Below the pieces are notes generated by a model. The model was given only the letters and a program-made list of their open reading frames with translations, was not told the DNA's origin and searched no databases. A program made the translations under genes and the position numbers. Of a DNA stretch of 64,000 bases, positions 8,864 through 16,581 are shown piece after piece; the first letter of the stretch is position 1, and each line of letters starts with the position of its first letter. The stretch is from an uncultured Gaiellaceae bacterium (lineage in GTDB: Bacteria > Actinomycetota > Thermoleophilia > Gaiellales > Gaiellaceae), in NCBI GenBank assembly GCA_963763465.1, contig CAVXOS010000004.1:33879-97878 (forward strand), read 5' to 3'.

Positions 8864-9826
8864 TCAGAAGGAAACCTCGACGCCCAGGCCGCGCTCGCGT
8901 GCACGCTGGACGACGAGCTCGGCCGAGGCGAGATCCTCCACCGCGATCCCCAGCGACTTGAATACCGTGAGCTCGTCCTCGTGCTCGCGGCCGGGGTGCG
9001 CGCCAAGCAGCACCTCGCCGAGCTCGGCTCTGATGTGGTCGGGACCGACGGCTCCTTCGGACGCGGCGATGATGTAGTCGCCGCCCTCGTTCAAGCAGGA
9101 CTCACGAAGATCGGTGAAGAGGGAACAGTGGGCGATGGTCTCCGTGTCGAGCTCGCGAGCCGTGGGGATGCTGGAGCCGACGGCGTTCACGTGCGCGCCG
9201 CGCGCCAGCCATCGCTTCTCGACGATCGGCTCGCGTGCGGCGGTCGTCGTGCACACCACCTCGGCTCCGAAGAGCGCCGCGTCGATGGACGGAGAGACCG
9301 TCGCTCCGACCTCTCCCGCGAGCTCCTCCGCGGCTTCGACCCGGCGTGCCCAGATCCGGATCTCCGGGTCGTCGAGGACGGCGCGCATCGCGTGCACGTG
9401 GCCGCGTGCCTGCGCTCCCGCTCCAAGGATCGCGACTCGTTGCGCGTCAGGCCTCGCAAGCGCCCTGGTCGCGACTGCCGAGACCGCAGCCGTACGGATC
9501 TCGGTGATCGGCGACGCGTTCATGATCGCGAGCAGCTCGCCGGTGTCGCCGTCGTGGAGCAGGACTGCGCCCATGTGCGTGTCCAGGCCGCGCGAGGGAT
9601 TGGCGGGCACGACGACGATCTCCTTGAGCCCGTACGAGGGCGTCGCGCCGCCACGGTAGGACGGCATGAGGCCGAGCAGCGTGTCCGCCCCTTGCGGCCG
9701 GGCCATCGAGCGCAGCGGGTTGAAGAGCTCTCCGCGCGCGAGCGAGGCGAGCACCTCCTCCATCGCCTCGATGCACGAGGGCATGTCGAGGAGCTCGCGG
9801 ACGTCGTGCCCGGAGAGGACGATCAC
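8864..9826 (-). CDS. ornithine cyclodeaminase / mu-crystallin family protein
   Basis: 320-aa ORF with the Rossmann motif VAILGAGAQARGH and family-typical ITEIRTAAVSAVATR. Confidence 0.85.
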   Translation of the reverse strand: MIVLSGHDVRELLDMPSCIEAMEEVLASLARGELFNPLRSMARPQGADTLLGLMPSYRGGATPSYGLKEIVVVPANPSRGLDTHMGAVLLHDGDTGELLAIMNASPITEIRTAAVSAVATRALARPDAQRVAILGAGAQARGHVHAMRAVLDDPEIRIWARRVEAAEELAGEVGATVSPSIDAALFGAEVVCTTTAAREPIVEKRWLARGAHVNAVGSSIPTARELDTETIAHCSLFTDLRESCLNEGGDYIIAASEGAVGPDHIRAELGEVLLGAHPGREHEDELTVFKSLGIAVEDLASAELVVQRARERGLGVEVSF

Positions 9827-10797
9827 GCGAACAACCTTCGCAGACGTTCATGCTCCTCGGTCGAAAGGTCGAGCGAGAGCGCCTCGCCCACCGGCTCGAG
9901 CTGCTCCGCGCGCGTCGGCCCGATCACGACCGCCGTCAGCTCGGGCACGCCGAGGAGCCACGCGATCGCGAGGCCGGCCATCGACACGCCGCGCTCTCGC
10001 GCCTCCTGCTCGAACGCCTCGAGCGCGTCGAAGGTCGTCTCCGACTCGAACTGCCGGTACCCCTCTGGGCGCTGCGTCATCCGCGATCCCTCCGGGTAGC
10101 TCTCGCCGCGCCGGTAGCGCCCGGCGAGCCAGCCTCCGGCGATCGGGCTGTGCGCCTGGAAGCCGAGCCCGTGCTCGCGACAGACCGGGAGCACGGTGTC
10201 GGCGTCGCCCTGGTCGAGCAGGGAGAACGAGCTCTGCGCCCACTCGTAGCGCGTGAGCCCCTCGAGCTCCGAGATCTCGACCGACTCCGCGAGCTGCTCG
10301 GCGGTGAAGTTGGACGCGCCGACGGCACCGACCTTTCCCGCTTTCACGAGCGCGTCGAAGGCGGACAGTGTCTCCTCGACGGGCGTCTCGACGTCGGGGG
10401 CGTGCGCCATGTACAGGCCGACGCGCTCGACGCCCAGCCGTCGCAGGCTCGTCTCGATCTGGCGCGTGATCCGACGTCGCGAGAGGCCGTGATCCTCGCC
10501 CGTGTCCATGGGGTTGAACGTCTTCGTCTCGATCGTGACCGCGTCTCTCACGGCGGGCTCCTTCGTCGCGAGCCACTCGCCGATCCAGGCCTCGCTGCGC
10601 CCGCCGCCGTAGGCATCCGCGGTGTCGAACGTCGTGATCCCGAGCTCCCAGGCGGCGTCCATGATCCGCGGAGCCTCCTCGCGCGAGATCCCCTGCCCGA
10701 AGAGCGCCGGCGCCGAGCCCACGCCGCCGAAGTTCCCGCAGCCGAGGACGATGCGCGTGATCGAGATGCCGCTGCGCCCGAGCTCTCGCCGCTCCAT
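9823..10797 (-). CDS. aldo/keto reductase
   Basis: 324-aa ORF. LGCGNFGG...ITTFDTADAYGGGRSE is the AKR signature. Its stop overlaps the downstream OCD start by 4 nt. Confidence 0.9.
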   Translation of the reverse strand: MERRELGRSGISITRIVLGCGNFGGVGSAPALFGQGISREEAPRIMDAAWELGITTFDTADAYGGGRSEAWIGEWLATKEPAVRDAVTIETKTFNPMDTGEDHGLSRRRITRQIETSLRRLGVERVGLYMAHAPDVETPVEETLSAFDALVKAGKVGAVGASNFTAEQLAESVEISELEGLTRYEWAQSSFSLLDQGDADTVLPVCREHGLGFQAHSPIAGGWLAGRYRRGESYPEGSRMTQRPEGYRQFESETTFDALEAFEQEARERGVSMAGLAIAWLLGVPELTAVVIGPTRAEQLEPVGEALSLDLSTEEHERLRRLFA

Positions 10798-10806
10798 CCC
10801 GTGATC

Positions 10807-11991
10807 CTACGAGGGCTCGGCCGCGGGCACGCGGAGCTGCGTCGGGATGCGGAACAGCACGAGCCCGCCCGCAATCGCGGCGAAGGCCGCGGCGACGAAC
10901 ACGCCGGAGTAGCCCGTGACGGACGCGACGGCGCCGAGGCTCAGGGCGCCGAGCGCGAAGCCGACGTCGATGCAGGCGCTGAACGTCCCGATCACGGAGC
11001 TGCGCTCGGAGACGTCCGCGCGATCGACGGCGAGCGTGAGCAAGGCGGGAAACGCCAGCGCCGTCCCCGCTGCGAAGACCGCGGTGCCGAGGTAGAGCCC
11101 AACGGGAGCCTGCCAGAGGCCGATGACGAGGAGCCCCGCGGCGAGTGACCCGAGCGCCGCTCCGGACGCGCGCTTGGCGCCGAGGCGGTCGGGCAGGCGC
11201 CGACCGAAGACCCGGATCGAGATCACGATCGCGGAGTAGACGAAGAACACCCACCCGGCTCCGCTCAGCCCGAGCTCCCGCGCGTAGAGCGCGACGAAGG
11301 CGTTGAAGCCCGCGAACCCGAACGCCGAAGCGATGAGGACGAGCCCGGGCGCAAGGGCGGCCGGATGAATCAGGCGGCTCTGCGGTGTCTCCGTCGTCGC
11401 CGGCTTGGTCTCGCGCAGCGAGATCCCTGCGAGCGCGGAACCGATGGCGCAGCTTGCCGCAGCGATCCACACGGCGTCGTAGCTCCCGTGGCTGTGGATC
11501 GCCTCGCCGACGACGGGTCCGATGGCAAGCCCGCCCCAGACTCCGAGCGAGTAGAGACTGACGGCCTCACCGCGCCTCTCCTCCGGGGCGACGTCGGTGA
11601 CCACCGTCGCCGCTCCCACGAAGACCATGCCTTCGCCGATTCCGGTCACGAGGCGCAGGAGCACCAGCAGGGCGAGCGTGTCGACGAACGTGTACGCGGC
11701 CACCGATGCAGCCACGATCAGCGGCCCGACGATGACAAGGACGCGTCGCCCGCGCCGATCGGCCAGCCTCCCCGCTAGCGGCTGGACGAGGAGAGCCGTC
11801 GGGCTCGCGGCTGCGATTGCGATGCCGACGCCCACGCTCCCCGTTCCCAAAGGACCCTTGGCGAAGAGCGGCAGAACCGGAAGCAGCATCCCGATCGGGA
11901 ACGAGACGCCGAGAATCGCGAGCACCGCGAGGACGAACGGCCTCGTCAGGACACGATCTGTTGGCATCCGCTCGATCCAAGCAGATCGCAT
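10807..11991 (-). CDS. MFS transporter
   Basis: C-terminal about 390 aa of ORF 10807..12834. 12-TM-like hydrophobic protein with the GRLADRRGRR loop motif. ATG at 11991 or 11967. The remaining upstream ORF is Arg-rich artifact sequence. Confidence 0.8.
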   Translation of the reverse strand: MRSAWIERMPTDRVLTRPFVLAVLAILGVSFPIGMLLPVLPLFAKGPLGTGSVGVGIAIAAASPTALLVQPLAGRLADRRGRRVLVIVGPLIVAASVAAYTFVDTLALLVLLRLVTGIGEGMVFVGAATVVTDVAPEERRGEAVSLYSLGVWGGLAIGPVVGEAIHSHGSYDAVWIAAASCAIGSALAGISLRETKPATTETPQSRLIHPAALAPGLVLIASAFGFAGFNAFVALYARELGLSGAGWVFFVYSAIVISIRVFGRRLPDRLGAKRASGAALGSLAAGLLVIGLWQAPVGLYLGTAVFAAGTALAFPALLTLAVDRADVSERSSVIGTFSACIDVGFALGALSLGAVASVTGYSGVFVAAAFAAIAGGLVLFRIPTQLRVPAAEPS

Positions 11992-12042
11992 CGGCGTGCC
12001 TGGTCGCGAGGAACAGCACGTGTCGAGCCGAACCAGTGCGCG

Positions 12043-12720
12043 ATGACCCTCAGCGATGCGGCCGTTCGAACGCAGGAACGTCGAGAAGCGGCTCCGGCGG
12101 CTGCGACCGTGCTCGTCGTTCTTGCCGCGCTCGCGTTCGTCAGCGAATCGCAAGGATGGGAGCTGCTCGGGCTCCCCTGGTGGATCTGGCTCGCACTGGC
12201 AGTACCCGCCTTGCTTCTCACCATCGATCTTCTGCTCGCGCCCGCCGGCAAGGGTCTCGTTCGATCGCGCATGGCGGCTTTGGTCTTGCTGGGACTTCTC
12301 GCGGCTGGAAACTTCGCGGCACTCGGGATCTTGGTCGCGGGGCTCGTAACCGCGGACACCGCCGATCTCAGTGGAGGCGAGCTCCTGCTCACCGGGTTTG
12401 CCATCTACGCCACGGACCTTGTGGTCTTCGGCCTCATCTTCTGGGAGGTCGACGCTGGCGGGCCGTCTGTGCGGCGAGATGCCCACGCGCGTGAGGCAGC
12501 AGACTTCCGGTTCCCGCAGGACGACTCCGCGAAGGAGGAGTGGAAGCCGCAGGTGTGGGATTACCTCTACGTCTCGCTGACGAACTCGATCGCGTTCAGT
12601 CCTACAGACACGATGCCGCTCTCGCTGCGTGCGAAAGCGCTCATGGGGCTCGAGTCGTTCGTCTCGGCGATCACGGTTCTTCTCGTCGCGGCACGTGCCG
12701 TGAACGTGCTCGGTTCGTAG
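12043..12720 (+). CDS. DUF1345 domain membrane protein
   Basis: 225-aa ORF with four TM segments and the C-terminal motif YVSLTNSIAFSPTD typical of DUF1345. Confidence 0.7.
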   Translation: MTLSDAAVRTQERREAAPAAATVLVVLAALAFVSESQGWELLGLPWWIWLALAVPALLLTIDLLLAPAGKGLVRSRMAALVLLGLLAAGNFAALGILVAGLVTADTADLSGGELLLTGFAIYATDLVVFGLIFWEVDAGGPSVRRDAHAREAADFRFPQDDSAKEEWKPQVWDYLYVSLTNSIAFSPTDTMPLSLRAKALMGLESFVSAITVLLVAARAVNVLGS

Positions 12721-12748
12721 AGGACGTGCCTGCGCTACGGTCAGCCTC

Positions 12749-13807
12749 GTGACCGAGGGGATCAGCCTCCAGGAGCTCCAGCTCGCGGCACGGAACCACG
12801 CGATGCCGCTCGAGGCGCTGCGCTGGGACGTCACGCCGATCGGCCTCCACTACCTCCTCACGCACTACGACATCCCGGACGTCGATCCGGAGGCGTGGCG
12901 GCTCGACGTCGGGGGCCTGGTCGACCGGCCGTTGTCGCTCTCGCTCGACGACCTGCGTTCCCGCCCCGCGGTGGAGGTCGCGGTCACGATGGAGTGCGCC
13001 GGAAACGGTCGTGTGCACATCGAACCGCACGTCGTCAGTCAACCGTGGCTGCTCGAAGCCGTCGGGACTGCGCGCTGGCGCGGTGTCGCCGTTGCCGCGC
13101 TGCTCGAGGAGGCCGGCGTCCAGGAGGACGCGATCGAGGTGCTCTTCACCGGGCTCGATCGCGGCGTCGAAGGCGGGGAGGAGCAGGCGTACGAGCGGAG
13201 CCTCACCGTCGAGGAGGTCATGGCGGGCGACGCCGTGCTCGCGTACGAGGTCAACGGCGTTCCGCTCCCACCGCAGCACGGCTTCCCGCTGCGCCTCGTC
13301 GTTCCGGGTTGGTACGGGATGACGAGCGTGAAGTGGCTGTCGCGCATCACACTCATCGACGAGCCGTTCGACGGCTACCAGATGCGTCACTCCTATCGCG
13401 TCCGCCGAGACGAGGACGACGCGGGAGAGCCCATCACGACCATCGCCCCCCGGTCGCTGATGACACCGCCCGGTGTTCCCGAGTTCGCGACCCGCGCGCG
13501 TGTTCTGGGGGCGGGAACCTGCGAGGTCTCGGGGCGCGCGTGGTCAGGGCGTGCCGAGATCATCGGCGTCGACGTCTCGAGCGACGGCGGTGAGACCTGG
13601 TCGGAGGCGGAGCTCGGGCCGGCGACGCTCGGCCGGTGGGCGTGGCGTGCGTGGCGCTTCGCTTGGACTGCCGAGCCCGGTGAATACGAGCTCTGCTGTC
13701 GCGCCCGAGATGCCGCAGGCAATGAGCAGCCCCTGGAACCCGCATGGAATGTCGGCGGTTACGTGAACAATGCGGTGCAGTGCGTCAGCGTCACCGTGAC
13801 GGAGTAG
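12749..13807 (+). CDS. sulfite oxidase-like molybdopterin oxidoreductase
   Basis: 352-aa ORF with GTG start. The TMECAGNGR molybdenum-cofactor cysteine motif, PLRLVVPGWYGMTSVKWL and a dimerisation-domain tail fit the SUOX family. Confidence 0.85.
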   Translation: MTEGISLQELQLAARNHAMPLEALRWDVTPIGLHYLLTHYDIPDVDPEAWRLDVGGLVDRPLSLSLDDLRSRPAVEVAVTMECAGNGRVHIEPHVVSQPWLLEAVGTARWRGVAVAALLEEAGVQEDAIEVLFTGLDRGVEGGEEQAYERSLTVEEVMAGDAVLAYEVNGVPLPPQHGFPLRLVVPGWYGMTSVKWLSRITLIDEPFDGYQMRHSYRVRRDEDDAGEPITTIAPRSLMTPPGVPEFATRARVLGAGTCEVSGRAWSGRAEIIGVDVSSDGGETWSEAELGPATLGRWAWRAWRFAWTAEPGEYELCCRARDAAGNEQPLEPAWNVGGYVNNAVQCVSVTVTE

Positions 13808-13818
13808 CCGCCGAACGG

Positions 13819-13846
13819 ACGAAGCCCGCTCGAGAGCGGGCTTCGT
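13819..13846. terminator. perfect 12-bp hairpin between convergent genes
   Basis: ACGAAGCCCGCT-CGAG-AGCGGGCTTCGT lies 12 nt after the sulfite-oxidase-like stop. No clear U-tract on the + strand. Confidence 0.5.
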
Positions 13847-13854
13847 GGGTGAAA

Positions 13855-13870
13855 CGGGCACGAATGCCCG
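13855..13870 (-). terminator. 6-bp hairpin followed by TTTCA on the minus strand, downstream of the tRNA-like gene
   Basis: Minus-strand CGGGCA-TTCG-TGCCCG-TTTCACCC lies about 40 nt after the 3' end of the tRNA-like gene. Confidence 0.4.
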
Positions 13871-13911
13871 CGCAACGCCGACAACGTACAGCGAGTGTAG
13901 CGTCGAGGGCG

Positions 13912-13998
13912 CGGAGGGCGCCGGACTCGAACCGGAACCGGCTTTCGCCGGTCGCTGACGCTGTCGACGTCGCATCCCGCCTCGGGATTTCACCCTCC
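13912..13998 (-). tRNA. non-canonical class-II tRNA-like gene (8/4 allo-tRNA / selC-like architecture; anticodon unresolved)
   Basis: Hand-folded minus strand: GGAGGGTG|AA|ATCCCG-AGG-CGGGAT|GCGACG-TCGACAG-CGTC(A)GC|G|ACCGGC-GAAA-GCCGGT|T|CCGG-TTCGAGT-CCGG|CGCCCTCC|G. It has an 8-bp acceptor stem, 6-bp D stem, long variable hairpin, canonical TTCGAGT T-loop and G73. No CCA is encoded. Confidence 0.6.
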
Positions 13999-14045
13999 GA
14001 CGCCATGAGCCACGGTAGAGGCGCTCTTGCCGGTGAATCGTCTGT

Positions 14046-14546
14046 GTGCTCGAGTCGGAACGCATTCGGCGCACTTCTGTGACCTATCGTGTTGCCGTGC
14101 GAGCGCGCGTCGTAGCCGGAGTCGTCATCGCCGTTGCTCTAGCGTCGGTCGCCGCGCGGAGCGGAGCGGCTGCTCCGGCGCAGCTGAAGCTCGACGGCGT
14201 CCCATTTCGTCCCGAGCTGGCCCTCACCTCCTCACAGCAGCAGCGCGGGCTCATGTTCCGCAAGAAAGCGCCGTCCGACGGAATGCTCTTCGTCTTCCGC
14301 CGCGCGACGTCGGGCGGCTTCTGGATGAAGAACACGCTCGTGCCGCTCTCGATCGTCTTCTTCGACACCGCGGGCAGGCGCGTTCGCAGGATCTCGATGA
14401 CGCCGTGCCGGAAGGATCCGTGCCCGATCTACGACCCGGGCAAGCAGTACCGCTACGCGCTCGAGCTGCCTGCAGACGACTCGAGGCCGGCGCTACGCAT
14501 CGGCCCGGCGGCTGAGCTCCGACGCCTCGCCCGCTCAGCGAGCTGA
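14046..14546 (+). CDS. DUF192 domain protein (secreted/lipid-anchored)
   Basis: ORF 14046..14546 with GTG start. An alternative GTG at 14079 lies just before the signal-like segment VVAGVVIAVALASVAA. The core FWMKNTLVPLSIVFFD is typical of DUF192. Confidence 0.75.
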   Translation: MLESERIRRTSVTYRVAVRARVVAGVVIAVALASVAARSGAAAPAQLKLDGVPFRPELALTSSQQQRGLMFRKKAPSDGMLFVFRRATSGGFWMKNTLVPLSIVFFDTAGRRVRRISMTPCRKDPCPIYDPGKQYRYALELPADDSRPALRIGPAAELRRLARSAS

Positions 14547-14549
14547 CGC

Positions 14550-15263
14550 GTGCCGTTACGCCTCGCCGTCCTGGTCGTCGCGCTCCTGCTCGTGCCCGCT
14601 GCGGCCGCGCGGCAGCGTCCGGTCGTCGTGATCGATCCGGGGCACGACCTGCGCGCGAACGCGCAGACCGAGCCGATCGGCCCGGGCTCGCCCACGCGGA
14701 AGATCAAGGACGGCGGCGGGACGCACGGCGTCGTGAGCGGGCTCCGCGAGGCCGATCTCAACCTGCGCGTGAGCCTCCGTCTCCGCACGCTCCTCGAACG
14801 TGCCGGGGTTCGGGTCGTCATGACGCGGACGGAGACTGCCGGCACGAGCATCGGAAACATCGCCCGCGCCAGGATCGCGAACCGCGCCGGCGCGGCCCTC
14901 TTCCTGCGAGTCCACGCGGACGGCTCGACCGACCCGACCGCCCGCGGCACGCACACGCTCTACCCGGCGATGCACGTCGGTTGGACGGACGACGTCTATG
15001 CCGAGAGCAAGCGGGCGGCCAGGATCGTCCAGGCCGACCTCCGGGCGGCGCTCGGCTTCCCCGACCGAGGGCTGCAGGAGCGCACCGACTTCACCGGCTT
15101 CAACTGGGCCGACGTGCCGGTCGTCCTCGTCGAGATGGGCTTCATGACGAACCCGACCGAGGACCGGCTCCTCTCGACGGCCGGATACCAGCGCCGGGCG
15201 GCGACCGGGCTCTGCCGTGGAGCGCTCCGCTTCCTGGGTCGTCCGGTCGCGTCGTGTCGGTGA
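14550..15263 (+). CDS. N-acetylmuramoyl-L-alanine amidase (Amidase_3)
   Basis: 237-aa ORF with a signal peptide. Amidase_3 motifs VVVIDPGH, ADLFLRVHADG-like (AALFLRVHADG) and VLVEMGFMTN. Confidence 0.85.
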   Translation: MPLRLAVLVVALLLVPAAAARQRPVVVIDPGHDLRANAQTEPIGPGSPTRKIKDGGGTHGVVSGLREADLNLRVSLRLRTLLERAGVRVVMTRTETAGTSIGNIARARIANRAGAALFLRVHADGSTDPTARGTHTLYPAMHVGWTDDVYAESKRAARIVQADLRAALGFPDRGLQERTDFTGFNWADVPVVLVEMGFMTNPTEDRLLSTAGYQRRAATGLCRGALRFLGRPVASCR

Positions 15264-15486
15264 CGGTCGAGCGAGAGAACGCTTGCCCGATTCGCAGTCG
15301 TACGCCTGATACGGGGGCCGATTGGACGTCGGCCGACGGCCAGCCTACCTACCCCCAAGACTGGTCGCACGAACGCTTCATGCGCTTCGTCGAGAGCACA
15401 CCGCGATAACACACCGCACCACTCAGGGGACAATCCCGAAACCGGCGCATGGGCAGCAGCGCATCCCACCGGGCTAGGCTGGGCTC

Positions 15487-16056
15487 GTGGTCGGACCGGC
15501 GTACACGGTCAAGGCTCTCGATGAGTCGACGTGGCCGGCGTTCGCCGCGTTGGTGGAACGCAACAACGGCATCTTCGGAGGCTGCTGGTGCATGGGGTTC
15601 CACGAAGACAACAAAGGCACGGTGCCCCCCAAGCGCGAGCGGAAGCTCGCTCGCGTGCGGGCAGGCACGGCCCATGCGGCGCTCGTCTTCGACGGGGACG
15701 ACTGTGTGGGCTGGTGTCAGTTCGGTGCACCCGAGGAGGTGCCGCGCATCAAGAACCGCGCGGCGTACGAAAGGGGTCAGACGACCTCGCCGGACTGGCG
15801 GATCGCGTGTTGCTACGTCGGCAAGGGACACCGGCGTCAGGGCGTGGCCACCGCGGCGCTCGCAGGCGCGCTCGATCTCATCGCGGGCCTGGGCGGGGGA
15901 ACCGTCGAGGGATATCCGGAGGACGCCGGCTCCGTGCCCGCCGGCTTCCTCTACCACGGTGCTCTGTCGACCTTCGACAAGCTCGGGTTCAGTCGGGACC
16001 GCAAGATCGGCAAACACCGCTGGGTCGTGGCCAGGGTCGTAGAGCCGACTGTGTGA
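15487..16056 (+). CDS. GNAT family N-acetyltransferase
   Basis: 189-aa ORF. The HRRQGVATAALAGAL acetyl-CoA binding motif (R/Q-x-x-G-x-A) and FGGCWCMGFH N-terminal region are seen in a GNAT subfamily. Confidence 0.75.
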   Translation: MVGPAYTVKALDESTWPAFAALVERNNGIFGGCWCMGFHEDNKGTVPPKRERKLARVRAGTAHAALVFDGDDCVGWCQFGAPEEVPRIKNRAAYERGQTTSPDWRIACCYVGKGHRRQGVATAALAGALDLIAGLGGGTVEGYPEDAGSVPAGFLYHGALSTFDKLGFSRDRKIGKHRWVVARVVEPTV

Positions 16057-16218
16057 CGAGCCGCGTCAAGAGAGATTCCTGAACTCTCGCGCAGCCGGAG
16101 GTCCTGTCGCCCGTCGCTATGTCGCGACGTCGAGCACTCGATAGATGCGCGAAGGATCCGCCGCTTTCTTGTGTTACCTTGTTCTTCTATGCATGGCACT
16201 TCGAGCCATGGAGGCGGT

Positions 16219-16578
16219 ATGCACATCGACAAAGACCTCGTTGCAGCCTCGGCGACACCGCTCGTGCTCTCGATCCTGGCCGATGGTGAGAGCTACGGCT
16301 ACGCCATCCTCAGGCAGGTGCGTGCGCTCTCCGGGGGCGAGCTCGAGTGGAGCGACGGGATGCTCTACCCGCTGCTCCATCGCCTCCGTCGGCTCGGGTA
16401 CGTGACGACCGAGTGGCGAACGCCGCAAGAGGGGCGCCGTCGCCAGTACTACATGATCACCGACGACGGTCGTGCGGCACTCGCCGACCAGCAACGGCAG
16501 TGGGTTGCCGTCACCCGTGCGCTGAACGACGTCTGGCCGGGCTCCGGCGGGTTGCTGACCGCAGTCGGGGATGTGTGA
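16219..16578 (+). CDS. PadR family transcriptional regulator
   Basis: ATG at 16219 is preceded by GGAGGCGG. LVLSILADGESYGYAILRQV...LYPLLHRLRRLGYV is the PadR winged-helix signature. Confidence 0.9.
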   Translation: MHIDKDLVAASATPLVLSILADGESYGYAILRQVRALSGGELEWSDGMLYPLLHRLRRLGYVTTEWRTPQEGRRRQYYMITDDGRAALADQQRQWVAVTRALNDVWPGSGGLLTAVGDV

Positions 16579-16581
16579 GCG

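Noticed and set aside
7902-9826. SbnA/SbnB-like L-2,3-diaminopropionate synthase pair
   Set aside because: The PLP enzyme carries the threonine-dehydratase-type SFKxRG lysine motif, not the cysteine-synthase-type SxKDR motif of SbnA. No siderophore synthetase genes are nearby.
11992-12834. N-terminal roughly 280-aa extension of ORF 10807..12834 (675 aa)
   Set aside because: The extension lies antisense to the DUF1345 gene and is Arg/Glu-rich. The MFS homology starts at the internal ATG (11991 or 11967).
13912-13998. tmRNA, or a canonical tRNA-Sec or tRNA-Ser, as the identity of the tRNA-like gene
   Set aside because: tmRNA is excluded because both acceptor strands lie only 87 nt apart, there is no G3:U70, and no tag ORF is present. 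Canonical tRNA-Sec is excluded because no UCA triplet can be placed at positions 34-36 of any 7-nt loop. Canonical tRNA-Ser is excluded because the D arm lacks the usual GG-containing loop and no CGA, GGA, UGA or GCU anticodon sits in a properly closed loop. I therefore kept it as 'non-canonical tRNA-like'.
15349-16017. 222-aa minus-strand ORF
   Set aside because: It lies antisense to the GNAT gene, which has clear acetyl-CoA-binding motifs. This ORF has no recognisable family features.
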